Below, in pieces: positions 34,951-48,048 of a DNA stretch of 64,000 nucleotides. The translations under genes were made by a program, and so were the position numbers. The stretch's first letter is position 1, and every line of letters starts with the position of its first letter. Origin of the DNA: Octopus bimaculoides (lineage: Eukaryota); assembly GCF_001194135.2 (NCBI RefSeq), contig NC_068998.1, forward strand, positions 32,884,088-32,948,087. Direction: 5' to 3'. Below the pieces are notes generated by a model. It saw nothing but the letters and a program-made list of their open reading frames with translations, was not told where the DNA came from and did not search any database.

Positions 34951-37809
34951 TCTATATTATAATATATATTATATATAACTTATTAAGGTAGCTATCTGCA
35001 ATTTACAGAACAAATACGTACAGAAGAATAAGCTCATTACTGTGTTATATTCAATTTATGTAAATGGTCAGTGGCTGATATTTCAGTGCAACAAATGCCA
35101 AACTCACAGCACTGAAACCAAGAAATAAGCTGCTATTAAGAGAAAGATGAAATAAGTTATATCAAGTTATCGTGTGTAATTCTACCACCCAATCATGATG
35201 TCTTACTGTCAGTAAGCTTTTGTAACTTGAAAATGTCCAAACAGGCTTTCATTCAGAAATTCCTGTGCAGAGAATTATCTTCCAATTATAAAGTCTACAA
35301 CTATTATGAAGATTTCTCCTATTATGCCACTCTGATAATACTACTGATGTGAACCTATTATTTTTTCATTCTTCCCATTTTAAAGATAGTATGCAAATAA
35401 TGATCTCTCTCTCTCTCTCTCACTCTCTCTGTCTTTCTGTATCCATACACCCCAATAGTTGGCCCAGTGATTTAATCTGCAATTCATATCTGTAATACAA
35501 AATGCTTTTAAGTATGGATAAATAGTTATGATAATGAGAAAAAGGTGGAGGTACATATATCCTCCACTGATGCTTGGACTATATTGATAGATCGAGGAAA
35601 AGACATATAAAAACAAAGCATCTCAAAGCTTGAGAGAAGGAGAGAAAGAAATGGAAGGAAGATACCTCATTATTTAAACAATAACAGCTTTGGAATAAGA
35701 GAGGAGGGGGCAACATACAAAATTTATGTGATGCTGGTAGAAGAGATATATTAAGTAATGCAAATCATGGTAATATTAAGCTTTATATATGGAACATATC
35801 TGTCATTCATATGAGGAAGAATTTCTGAATGAAAGCCTTTATGGTCATTTTCATGTGACAAAAGATTGCTAAAAGAAAGACTCCTTCATTGGACAATGGA
35901 ATTTCACCTAATAATTTAATATGATTCTTTTGTTGATACTCTTGTTTTTTTTTTTTCTTTTAGTTAACACAAAGTTGATGTGTAGTGTAATATATAATCC
36001 ACAAAAAACATGTTTGAAAAGTAAGAGATATTTTCTTACTGAAAGCAACTCAAAATTTTTTAGGGAGAAGTAAAATAAGAGAGAATTTTCCATAATATAT
36101 TACAGGTACATATTTAATCAATTTATTATAGAACAAGCCATTGAAGAAACTGGTAAATGGGCCAGCCATTATGTGGTCAATCTGCCAATTGAAACATTAG
36201 CCAAATATCTCTCAAATCATAGTTACTTTTCCAAAAATGGAAGTTTGTATTTAGTGATGTAGTTCTGGATACATTATATGTGAAAAGCAGGAATGAATAG
36301 TCAGAGCTTTGATAATTAGGCTTCTCAACTAATGCAGCTTTGGGGCTAAATAAGTAGTAGCAATCTAGAATAGATACAGGTTAATACACCCTTATGGGAA
36401 TTTGATCTGACAGAAGACAGAATGGTGACTATTTACTATATAGCCTTGTGTCCAACACTCTACTATTTCTGCTAATTTACTGTGCTTTTCAAAATAGAAG
36501 ATATTGTGACCTTCACAATGTTATGTTTTCATGAGTTGTTCCACATGGTCACAGTAGTAGTGAAATTTCTTTTAAATCACACTCCCTCACTTTAAACAGG
36601 AAAGAACATAAATAATACAAACAAATAATAACATATAAATAATACAAATAAAAGAATGAGATGGTCATATGTTACATAATCAGATTTTCCTCAAATACAC
36701 AACAATATCCATTATATGATGGAAGGATATCTTCTAACTGGAGACTTGGTCAGAGTGCTGAGACTCGACTGTGCTAAAACAACCCAAGATGCCAAGTAGT
36801 AATGTTAAGCAGGGCAACTGATTAAGTAGCCATAGCAAGACTTGAACTTAGAATGCAAAGAACCAGAACAATGTCAGCATCTAGTCTAGCTGTAATAATG
36901 TTGGACTGGATACCAAAATTATTGCAAGACATTTTACTTGATAATCTAACAACTCTGCTTATTCACTGCACAAATATAACAATAATAATTGTTTATATAA
37001 AACGTTTCCTTTTGATTTCAACATAAAATGGACTACTTCTTCTCTGTGCAATAATGATAATATTTACAGTGTGTTTTTGTTTATGAAATGTGTTTTGAAA
37101 TAAGACAATATTCAGACATAGAATATATTTAGAATATAATAGTGAAAATGACAGGTTTTAAATTTACAACATCAATTGGATAATGTATGCAGAAAATATT
37201 CAAATGCACATGCACAGACACATACACACAAATATATGCGTGTGTATGTGTGCATGTGAGAAGTCAAACACTTACAAACAGATAATTGTCACAGCAAAGA
37301 GAGGACATATGGGTATGAGACGAATATATGGAATTAAAGTGCAACAAGAGACTTTACTTATTTAAAATATCTCAAAAGTGACTCAACAAAGTACTAGTTT
37401 CTAATTTCTGATTGATTAAAATAATTTCTGATTGGCTAAAATAATGTAATAATGATGGATCTAAAACTGCTGTGTGTTTTTGTATTTGTCAAGCTAGCCT
37501 AAATGAGCTAGTGATTACCAGGCTGTAGGCCAAGTTCCCTGATTGGTTAAAATAACACAAGTGAAAACAGTGAAACTAAAATGTCAACATGAGGTTGCTA
37601 CAGGGTCAATAATATAACCAAAAGCTATGTTTGTACAGTGTATCTCTTGTCAGAAACTCCACCAAACTCCAAAATATAGTCTCAAAACACTTCTAACAGT
37701 AAACATTTGAACATATGCATACTATGAATACATTTAAGAAAAGTTAAGAAAGAAACAAACTTGTTTCCTCGAAATGGGCAGTAGCCGTAGTAACATTACA
37801 TCATATCAT

Positions 37810-38062
37810 TCCTTTATCTTTTACTTGTTTCACTCATTAGACTGCAGCCATGCTGGAACACCACCTTGAAGAAATTTTAGTCAAATGAACCAACCCCAGT
37901 ACTTATTTTTTTTAAAGCCTGGCACTTATTCCATTGATCTCTCTTACTGAACTGCTAGGCTATGGTTATGTAAACACAGCAACACCAGTTATCAAGCAAT
38001 GGTGGTGGACAAATGCACACATGCACACACACACACACAGACACACACACACACACACACAC

Positions 38063-38097
<35 letters not shown>

Positions 38098-38256
38098 GAC
38101 AGGCATCTTTCTGTTTCCATCTACCAAATCCACTCACATGGCTTTGGTTGGCCCAAGACTATACTAGAAGACACACAAGGTTCCATGTAGTCGGACTGAG
38201 CCTGGAACCATGTGGTTGGGAAACAAGCTTCTCACCCCCACAGCTATGCCTGCACC
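37810..38256 (-). mobile_element. tRNA-derived SINE family A, full length
   Basis: Family tail, (CA)n(TA)n core and head ..ctgagcctggaaccatgtggttgggaaacaagctt..cacagc. Confidence 0.9.
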
Positions 38257-38922
38257 TCATAGGTGATGATTGTAAAATTAAAGTTGAATGAATAATGCTT
38301 TTATTCAATACTGCTTATAATTTTTTTATTGAAATCTGGGTTACATCAGTAACAAACTTCCCAAATATATACTGGGAACCATGTAGCCCACACTAAAAAC
38401 TTTTAAAGTGTGTTATTTATTGTTGTGCATTTTAGTATTTGGCTTCTATTAATGAATGCTATAATGCAATGACATTTCATGAATCATCATTAAGTGAGAA
38501 CTCAGATTTATTTGGAATAAAATTGTGCATGGTAAAATGAAAACAGTTTTCTTTATTTGTAAATGGAACTATGTCTGAAACAGCAGGAGTGTTTCTCTTT
38601 TCCCTGAGGTGACATTTGTATATACATAAATATAAGTTACGGAAATTAGAATGTTTTATTGATGTTTGTTTTGATGTAAATTTGTTCATTGAAAGGTTCC
38701 ATTTAGTATTTAAATTCATTTTGTATGATGTCAACATTTTCTTTAAATTCAGAATGCTGACACTAGCAACTTCTCAAAATCATGAAAAATCGTCATTTTG
38801 CAAATGTATTTTTTTATGTAATGCACATTTTGTAAACAAAAGAATTGCTGGTTATTCCAGTGTGTATTTTTGAAAAGGCATAAATACGCATATTCATACA
38901 AGTATGTATACACCCACACAGG

Positions 38923-39019
<97 letters not shown>

Positions 39020-39394
39020 TACACATGTACATATAAAAACAAAGAGAAACTTGTTTAATTAAATCATCAACTTACAGCTGTTTCCACTTAGGAGAACTGC
39101 CCTAGTTTCTTCACAGCTTCTGAATTGCAATATTTGGGAAGCATTTTATTTATATATATATCTCCTGTACTAAGTAACCTGATTTGAGAAGATATATTAT
39201 CAGAGAGAACATAATAACAGACAAGCATAAATAATGAAACTTGAGTATGAAAAAACATGGGTTTAAAATAAGATTGAAAAATTACTAGAATATGTTGGTC
39301 AGATTAAAGATAAATTAGATATGCCTGTCTAGGCACACAACACTTTAACTATTGACTATGTCATGCTGGGTAAGTATACACACACATACACATA

Positions 39395-40275
39395 CAAGAT
39401 GGAATCAAAAATTTCCTGGACACCATCAGATGGCAGCACACAGTTGTGTACACAGTGAGAACTAGCAATAACCATCTTGTAGTAGTGTGCCAAGTGACAC
39501 TGTTGTGTTTACTTGGCAAGTTGTGAAATTTGTATTTTTGTGATCATGTGTATGTTGTAGTCTGCCATTTTTCCATGCACAGGAACAAAGAGCCAATGTG
39601 AAATTTTGCATTAAACTTGGGGACTCTGCTACAGAGATATTGAGCATGCTTCAGCAAGCTTATGGAGATGAGGCAATGGGTCATACACAATATTTCAAGT
39701 GACACAGTGTTCAAAAGTGGAAGACAATGAGTGATCTGGAAGACCTGTCATGAATGTCACATTCCAGAAATGTGGTATTCTGCATGAAAAATTCGTGTCT
39801 CAGAGCCAATCGAGAGTTCTACTATGACATTTTGAGGCATTTGAGGGAGGACATTCAATGAAAGTGACAGGATCTGTGGAGCACAAAGAATTGGATTCTT
39901 CATGACAACAATGCACTCTGTCACTGAGCTCTCTCCATTCATGATATTATCACCCAAAACAACATGGTATTACTTCTGCACCAACCTTATTCACCAGATT
40001 TAGCACCTGCAGACTTTCATCACTTCTCCAAGATGAAAATGCACTCAAAGATTGCTGTCTTAGCACTGTTGTCGAGATCCAGAGTGAATTGCAGAATGTC
40101 CTTGACTTGCTTAGGGAAAACAACTTCCAGGCAGTATTCCAAAAGTGGCAGAACTGCTTGGACCGATGCATGGTGTGCAAGGTGACTATTTTGAAGAAGA
40201 TGATATTAGAATTTAGGTAAATAAGTTATTTTTTGTTAAACATAACTAGTCCTGGAATTTTTTGATACTATATAT
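39395..40275 (+). mobile_element. Mariner DNA transposon, internally deleted
   Basis: EQRANVKFCIKLGDSATEILSMLQQAYGDEAM (HTH); WILHD.NA..H; HQPYSPDLAPADF; TIR core ATCAAAAA.TTCC.GGAC at both ends; TA at 39393-94. Confidence 0.9.
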
Positions 40276-40327
40276 ATATATATATATATACATTTATATA
40301 TATATACATACATTTATATATATGTAG

Positions 40328-40510
40328 AAAATATGAGTAAAAAAATATGAAAAGTGGAAGAGAAATGTACGTATTTCGGGATTAGAATGGTATAAAATTC
40401 ATGATATTCTAGATTATAAATTTGAAAATGCTGACAAAACCATGCATGCTCGATCAGACGACATTGAACATTACATAAGAGAAACAGCATTTCCGAATTT
40501 TTACAGACAA
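40328..40510 (+). CDS. Candidate host coding exon, product unknown
   Basis: Stop-free, non-repetitive frame KKYEKWKRNVRISGLEWYKIHDILDYKFENADKTMHARSDDIEHYIRETAFPNFYRQ ends at a consensus donor CAA|GTAAGT. The acceptor TAG at 40325-27 is in frame only if the A7 run is A6. Confidence 0.35.
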
Positions 40511-40869
40511 GTAAGTCCATATCCATCCTCAAGATTCACCATGTGTGTCACAAGCAGTACTGCAGAGAATCTGCAGTTTACTATTAGGGAGTGAATAATC
40601 ATTATAGATATAGGGTAAAGAATTATTAATTTATTAATGAATTAATAATTAATAATTTTACCAAGTAAAAAAAATCATTATCGGTAAAAACTTATACAAA
40701 AAGTTTTTTTATAATTATAAACATAATTAAGGGATCAGCAAAAGAAATATCAGTTAAAATACTAATTCTTCTACTACTGTATGTCTCCACAAATAGCAAT
40801 ACTCATAACTCACATAGGCAAAAAAGAAGAAAAAATAACGAAACCAACCAGCTTTAGTTAATCATAATT

Positions 40870-40983
40870 ATATATATATATATATATATATGTTGAGCTT
40901 CTTTCAGTTTCTGTCAACAAAATCTACTCACAAAGCTTTGGCTGGCCTGAGGCTATAGTAAAAGCCACTTTCCCAAGGTGCCA
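40870..40983 (-). mobile_element. SINE family A internal fragment
   Basis: gcttctttcagtttctgtc..aaatctactcacaaagctttgg..gaggctatag..cccaaggtgccat. Confidence 0.8.
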
Positions 40984-41181
40984 TATTTAAGTCAATGTTG
41001 GATTCAAGTAATCTGGTAGTACCCATAAAAAAAGCTCCTTAATATATCATTCTACAAAACATAGAAGATATAGAACGATAGCAAAGAAAATGATAAGGAG
41101 TGTATAAAGTCACAAATGACAAGAATAATTTGATGAAATTTTATTTAACAATAAGAAAATTCTTATATCATGACAAATTAT

Positions 41182-41446
41182 TTTATAACTGAAAAACATA
41201 CAAATAATTTATATTATTATATTTAATAATAAATAAATTACTTGCATGTCTGCATTAATTTAAAATGCAAACAATCCTTCAAAACAATGCAGTATTTTAG
41301 CTATGTCCCTAGGTGAAAGAAAGTCTTAAATTCTGCATTATTTTGAAGGATTTTTTTGCATTTTGCATTAATGCAGACATGTAAGTAATTTATTATTATC
41401 AGATATAATAAATAATATTATTTGCATGTTTTTAAGTTATGAAACA
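41182..41446. repeat. Long fold-back (inverted repeat), arms about 110 bp, loop about 40 bp
   Basis: Left arm ataaattacttgcatgtctgcattaat..aatccttcaaaacaatgcag is the reverse complement of right arm ctgcattattttgaaggatt..attaatgcagacatgtaagtaatttat. The match extends outward to the N gap at 41447. Confidence 0.85.
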
Positions 41447-41681
41447 NNNNNNNNNNTGTGTGTATACACACACACACACACACACACATACTTATAGATA
41501 TACCTTATTAAAAGCTTAGAATCAAATAAATACAATCATAATACTATTGGGAAATCCAGTGGTATATACAAAATGCCACACATTAATGTGCTAAAGAACT
41601 AATGGATTACAGAGTTAAATAAATAATACAGAATACTAAAAATATGTACATGTCACGGTCAAATAAATTAAGATAAACATA

Positions 41682-42490
41682 GGTGTAGGAGTGGTTGTGG
41701 TAAAAAGATGCTTCCCAACCACGTGATTCTGGGTTTGGTCCTGCTGCATGGCATCTTAGGCAAGTGTCTTCTTCTATAGCCTCAGGTTGACGAGAGCCTT
41801 GTGAGGGGATTTGGTAGACAGAAACTGAAAGAAGCCTGTCATATATATGTATATATTTATGCATGTGTGTGCCTTTGTGTCTGTGTCTGACCCCCACCAT
41901 CACTTGACAGCTGATGCCAGTGTGTTTATGTCACTGTAAGTTAGCGGTTTGGCAAAAGAGACGGATAGAATAAATACTTGGCTTACAAAGAATAACTCCT
42001 GTGGTCAATTTGTTTGACTAAAACCCTTGAAGGTGGTGCTCCATGGTTGCAGTCAAAGACTGACACATGTAAAAAAATAAAAGAATAAAGTGAACTTGTA
42101 TTTATAGGCTGTGTGGTAAGAAGCTTGTTTCCTAACCACATGGTTCCAGGTTCAGTCCCACTGCATGGCACTTTAAGCAAACATCTTCTACTATAGTCTT
42201 AGGCTGATCAAAGCTTTGTGAGTGGATTTGGTAGACGGAAACTGAAAGAAGCCTGTTGTGTATATATATATATTTATATGTATATATGTTTGTGTGTCTG
42301 TGTTTGTCCCCCATCATCGCTTGACAACCGATGTTGGTGTGCTTGTGTCCCCATAACTTAGCAGTTCAGCAAAAGAAACTGATAGAATAAGTACCAGGTT
42401 TAGAAAGAATAAGTCAATTTGTTCAACTAAAGGCGGTGCTCTAGCATGGCCACAGTCAAACGACTGAAGCAAATAAAACAATAAAAGAAA
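41682..42490 (+). mobile_element. Head-to-tail dimer of SINE family A (41682-42090 and 42104-42490)
   Basis: Two complete head-core-tail units; the second has an A-box-like GGCTGTGTGG and a B-box GGTTCAGTCCC. Confidence 0.9.
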
Positions 42491-43284
42491 TGAATATGAA
42501 ATACAAACATGAAAATGAGGTTAAATGCCATAAAGTTGTTTCAAATAAAGAAAAAAATTAAGAAATTTTGAAACACATTTCCTAATCCCAAATATGACAT
42601 ATATCAAAATAGATTAGCACTAAGCAAATGGAACTTTCTACAATATCCATGAGAATTCATTTCATCCTAGATCTATCCTGACTGGATAAATAAGAAATGT
42701 ATTGATTAGGACATTAAGATTATCTGTTAAGGAAAACAATATTTAATGATGATGCTTGGCACTGTATCAAGACTTTGTGTTGAAGTGGTTATAAGGAGAA
42801 AATTATCTCTATATATCTGATGATAGGGTCCACATAAGATAATAGTTGTGGAAATAGTGATAGTAGGAATAATGGAATGCAAAACTTCATTGTTATGGTG
42901 GTAGTGGTGGTAGTGGTATGGGTGGTGAGATTAGAAATGCAGGAAGGATAGTTTAGTCATAGTGGTAGTAATAACCATGGCAAGAATTTCACAGATCTGA
43001 TACTGGTATGATCAGTAATTACATAAATTATTTTGAGTTGGCTAATAACTTTAATGATGAGGAAAACTTTTTACCTGAATAACACTTAGGAATTAGTGAA
43101 TAAAAGGGCAACCTGGTTTTGAGGTATGTCTCAATATATACTACTCTAAGCCATACTAGCATGCAACTATAGGATGTAAATGAAGGAATATACATATACA
43201 TATATATATGCATATATACATGTGCATGCATATACATACATGCATGCATACATACATACATACATAATCTACAGTTACTCAATC

Positions 43285-43480
43285 CAGATTACAAGTTCAG
43301 GTTTATACCTGTAAATTATTGGTGCCCTGGGATATGTAACACACTAAATACCAATCATGAGAAATTAGTCTTCTCAAAACCCAAAAGGAGAAAGCTGATT
43401 TGAAGACGACAGATCCAAACTATCACTGGAACTGTAAAATTCTGTAAAACTTTTCAGAAGTTTATTGTTTAAGTATATAT
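43285..43480 (+). mobile_element. 3' fragment of a restriction-like-endonuclease (R4/NeSL-type) LINE
   Basis: With frameshifts DYKFRFIPV-IIGALGYVTH..EKL.FSKP..RKLI.R.QIQ.ITGTVK..KTFQKF, resembling the REL C-terminal V.P.VIGALG...L..LG.......Q...L.GT..I.R. Confidence 0.6.
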
Positions 43481-43610
43481 GAGCACATCTAGCTATGCAA
43501 CTATATTCATGAGAATACATATGTGAACAAAACATGCAAATCTACACAAATACAGACATACATGCATGCATGCATACGTACATACACACATACATCCATG
43601 TATGTATGCG

Positions 43611-43736
43611 GAGAGTATTGCAGTTTTAAGCAACACTTTTCTGATACTTTGTTATACATACATACATACATCCATGCATGCATGCAAGAAAAGTGTTGCT
43701 CTCAATAAATGTTTATTTTAAAATTGTAATACTCTC
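43611..43736. repeat. Small fold-back/MITE-like inverted repeat around a (TACA)n core
   Basis: gagagtattgcagttttaa pairs with ttaaaattgtaatactctc, and gcaacacttttct pairs perfectly with agaaaagtgttgc. Confidence 0.7.
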
Positions 43737-44051
43737 TGTGTAATGTATGTTTGTGGGAATCATATTAATTTTCAAAATTTTATTGTCCATTTGCTTTTGT
43801 AGACTCTATTCATTAATATTTAAACTCAGTTATGGTTTCTATACTAACACTTTTCATCTTAAATATAATTGTATCAAAATACTTGTTGTAACCTTAATAA
43901 ACATATATTTACTCTTGCTGAGGAAATATAATCTGTGAATAAATCGCAAGATCCTATAACTTCTACAGTTTATAAGATTGTATTCAGGTATACCCTAAAT
44001 ATTCTTAGTTGAAATCATAGTGTTGAGTTTATCTTTTATCAATAATATATT

Positions 44052-44263
44052 CTTTTCTACTCTAGGCACAAGGCTCAAAACTTTTGGAGAGGGGGGCCAA
44101 TTGATTAGATCAACCCCAGTATGCAGCTGTTACTTAATTTATTGACCCTGAAAGGATGAAAGGCAAAGTTGACCGCGGTGGAATTTGAACTCAGAACTTA
44201 AAGACAGACGAAATACTGCTAAGCATTTCGCCTGGCGTGTTAATGTTTCTGCCGCCTTGCCGA
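44052..44263 (-). mobile_element. SINE family B with 19-bp target-site duplication
   Basis: cttttatcaataatatatt at 44033-44051 and 44264-44282 flanks a typical family B body. Confidence 0.92.
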
Positions 44264-46217
44264 CTTTTATCAATAATATATTAAAAGAATTATAGTTCCT
44301 GATATCCTCTATTTCTGTTTGCTTAAATTAAATATCATTATTATTAATTCTTCCCATTACAATAGGCTTGACTGTATCTTTACATTGACTGTATCTTTAC
44401 ATTGTTGGTCAAAATGTCCTACAGTATTTAGTTTGAGCACCTAACATTATACATTCCAAATCTTGCTGATGTTACTTTTGCCTTTCAAGGATAAAGTCAG
44501 ATACTATTCAAGTGGTAAGGTAAATTTAATCAACCATCCTTTCCCTTAAAATTTTTGGCCTTGTGTCTATGTAAGAAATTGTTTTGTTTACATCCTGAGT
44601 TCATGTTAACTTTCCTTCAGGAGGGGTCAGTTACTGGGATGACTTAATCAACTGTAGTGTCCTCAGATTTTATAGCCTTGTGCCTACATTATAAATGATT
44701 ATTATTGACAATACTTTAACAATGCCTAGTGATTGTTAAACAGGTTTGTGCTACACTGTCTTTCCACATGTCTTATTTCTGCTTTCTTCTTAACTCTGTG
44801 ACCACATATTCTCAAGTCAGGGCAATGTGTTTACCTCCTGTCTTTAGTGTGTGTATATTTTGCTTTCAGTTTGTGATGCATTTTTATTCACAAAGAGAAA
44901 AAGTGCCTCAAAATTCCTTCATCAATATAATGTGATATATATATATATATATATATCACTTACAATTGTCTACCATGTTGTTTGTCAATAAAATTATGTA
45001 CAAACACGTCTTTTGTCAATATTATTTCTTGTAGATTTAAGCTTATATATGGTATTTCAAATTTTGTGTAACCATAGACAAATGAGACAACAGTTTATTG
45101 TTGTAGTAGTGAACAGCAACATACAGATTTAGCATGATTCAGTTATCTTGTCTAATAAATGAGACATAATGCTGAAGGTGCAAAAGATTTTCTGCATGAC
45201 TAAAAATGGTAGGCTTCAGATAAGGAATTCTTCAGCTGATTAGCTTTCAGGTTGTTAATATTGCATTTTCTATTTAACCAGAATAAAGCATTAGTATGCT
45301 GAAGAGTCCAAGGGTTATATGCCATTCTGGGTTTTCCAATCTCCTCTCAGTACCTACTTGTGTATCCATTCTTTTGAGCTAATGACTTGAAAGCCTTTCA
45401 AGTATTTCATTTGTTTATAGAATGCACTGTGCATACATACTGTGTGTCAGATAACAGAAATTAATCAGAGGAAGTCTGTTCATATGTTACAAATGATGAA
45501 GGGAAAGTTAAAATTAGAGAATATAGACACGTGAGAAGTGACTGTTTATAGATGGATCTAGTTGACAGCATCATGGCTAAATTGACATCAGACTGTTAAT
45601 AATGTTAACCAAGGTGCATGAATCATATATTTAGCAAGAGTATAAAATTAAATTTTGTATATATTTATTGGATTTCTTTTACTTCAGTACTTTTTTAAAC
45701 CACATTTTCTTGCTTTTTTTTTCCCTGACAACAGGAGTTATACTATGTAAAAGTGTTGTTTTATTTCTTTATGACCTATTAAGTTTACTATCATATTTGA
45801 GAGAAGTGTTATGTATTGCCAATTCTGTTATAGTGTTGATAACCATAGTTCTGTTAAAGTAAATCTTTTGATGGAATATATGAGTCTGGTCATTGAAACT
45901 CTGCAATTTCAGCTTAAATAAGCTCACACAGCTTTCTTGTCATTAAAACCATTCTCTATTAGATTGTTAATATATTAGTCAGTAATCTCATTGCTACCAT
46001 ATTATTTTTTCATATTCTTCAAGATGTTTCTTTACACCTCATCGAAATTGAAATCTTTTTTGTAGCCTTCTAACTTAGTCATTCAGATTAGTTTTTGTTT
46101 TATGTGGGTTACTATATGATAAGAATAAACTACCTACCCATAACGGTTAAATATAGGGAGCCGATTTTGTTTTGTATTTTTCAATAGTAATTTAGTTTTA
46201 ATAATAAATAGTATAAA

Positions 46218-46443
46218 GTTAGCAAGCTAGCAGAATCATTAGCATACCAGCCAAAATGCTTAGTGTCATTTCATGTCTTTAATTTCTGAGTTGAAATTCT
46301 GCTGATGTTGATTTTTTTTCTTTTTTTTGGGGGTCGATAAAATGAGTACCAGTTGAGCACTAGGGATGAGGTAATTGACTCCCCCCCCCCCCCAGCTCTG
46401 AATCTGCTGGCCTTGTGCCAAAATTTGAACCCAATAATTATAA
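46218..46443 (+). mobile_element. SINE family B, degenerate
   Basis: gctagcagaatcattagc..ctgagttgaaattctgc..gtaccagttgagcac..ggccttgtgccaaaatttgaa..(AAT)n. Confidence 0.85.
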
Positions 46444-46507
46444 TAAATCCTCTCGAGTTATAATTTTGCTGATTTCCAAAAGAAATTTATTTCATATTTT
46501 TACACAC

Positions 46508-46945
46508 ATAGCTGTGTGGTAAAAAAACTTGCTTCACAACCACATGGTTCTGGGTTCAGTTCACTGAATGGCACCTTGGGCAAATGTCTTCCACTACAGC
46601 CTCAGACTGAATAAAACCTTGTAAGTGGATTTGGTAGATGGAAACTGAAAGAAGCCTGTCATATATATATATATGTATGAATGGATACACACACATATAT
46701 ATATATATATATGTATCCATGTGTGTCTTTGTGTCTGTGTTTGTCCCATCATCACCACTTGACAACTGGTACCAGTGTGTTTATTTCTCTCTAACTTAAC
46801 AGTTCAGTAAAACAGACTGATAGAATAAGTACCAAGGCTTTAAAAAGTAAAATAAGTCCTGGGGTTGATACATTTGACAAAAAGTTCTTCATGGTAGAGC
46901 TCCAGCATAGCTGCAGTCTAATGATTGAAACAAATAAAAGATAGA
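46508..46945 (+). mobile_element. SINE family A, full length
   Basis: gctgtgtggt..ggttctgggttcagtt..ggcaccttgggcaaatgtc; (TA)n core; family tail. Confidence 0.9.
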
Positions 46946-47834
46946 TAACTAAGCACACAAACTGATATTATTTGCTCCTATAATATTGGTATCACTTGCT
47001 TCTCTATTAGTTCACTATTTATTTCTGAGTTCACAAATTCAAACTATTGGCAAATATGTTTCTCTAGAAAAACATAAAAATAGTTATAATGTGATTTCAA
47101 ATCAGAAATTTATGCAAATGTATGCAAGAATATTACCATATGAAATTTTTTTATGAAAATGAAGAACTGTTGCATAATTATATTTAGAAGAAGTTTGAGC
47201 TGGATAGAATTGGTAGAGCGTTGGACTAAAGGCATTATTGCATTTACGTACTAGGATCAATGAGAAAAAGAAGTATTAATAATATTACATTTGATTCAAT
47301 CCAGTTGGCTATGTTGCTCTCTTATAATTATGTGGTCTTGTGTCAATATGTGAGAAAGATCTTTATAGTTAAAAACTTAGCATCTGTGTGTGTATGTATA
47401 GTGCCTTGAGAAATTCCAGTATTGAAATTTTGTAATGAGTAAATTAGGTTACCTGAAAACATGATTTGGAAAATGGTGAGAGAGAATATGGAACTAACAA
47501 ATGCTGAAGTGCATGTTATTGATGTGCATTACACTAACTGAACTTGTAAAGCCATCATTAAAAATATTTAGCATTCATTTTCTGTAATTAAATTTTAATT
47601 TTTAATTTTTAATTTTTGCAATTTTAAAAATATATCTCTACAGCAGATGATTGTTAAGTGAAGCATTACTGTACTGTATTTATTTGTCGATGATGTGAAT
47701 AATTTTAACATAGGATACAGGTCAAATAGCTCTATATTTTTCTGTAAATTAGTGAATATAAAAATATATCAATAATTTTTAGTACAAAATGTAGGAGCCA
47801 CATTATTTTGAGATTATATTTGAGTAAATATATT

Positions 47835-48048
47835 CTTTTCTACTCTAGGCACAAGGCCTGGAATTTTGGGGGAGGGGGCCAGTCGATTAGATCAACTCCG
47901 GTATACAACTGGTTCTTAATTTATCGACGCTGAAAGGATGAAAGCAAAGTCGACCTCAGTGGAATTTGAACTCAGAATGTAAAGACAAACGAAATACCAC
48001 TAAGCATTTCGCTCAGCATGCTAACGTTTCTGCCAGCTTGCTGCCGTC
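47835..48048 (-). mobile_element. SINE family B (possible 9-bp TSD agtaaatat)
   Basis: aggatgaaagcaaagtcgacctcagtggaatttgaactcagaa..ttctgccagcttgctgcc. Confidence 0.9.

Noticed and set aside
37400-37560. Three CTGATTG(G)(C/T)TAAAATAA motifs as a CCAAT-box promoter
   Set aside because: No associated TSS or gene evidence; more likely part of an interspersed repeat.
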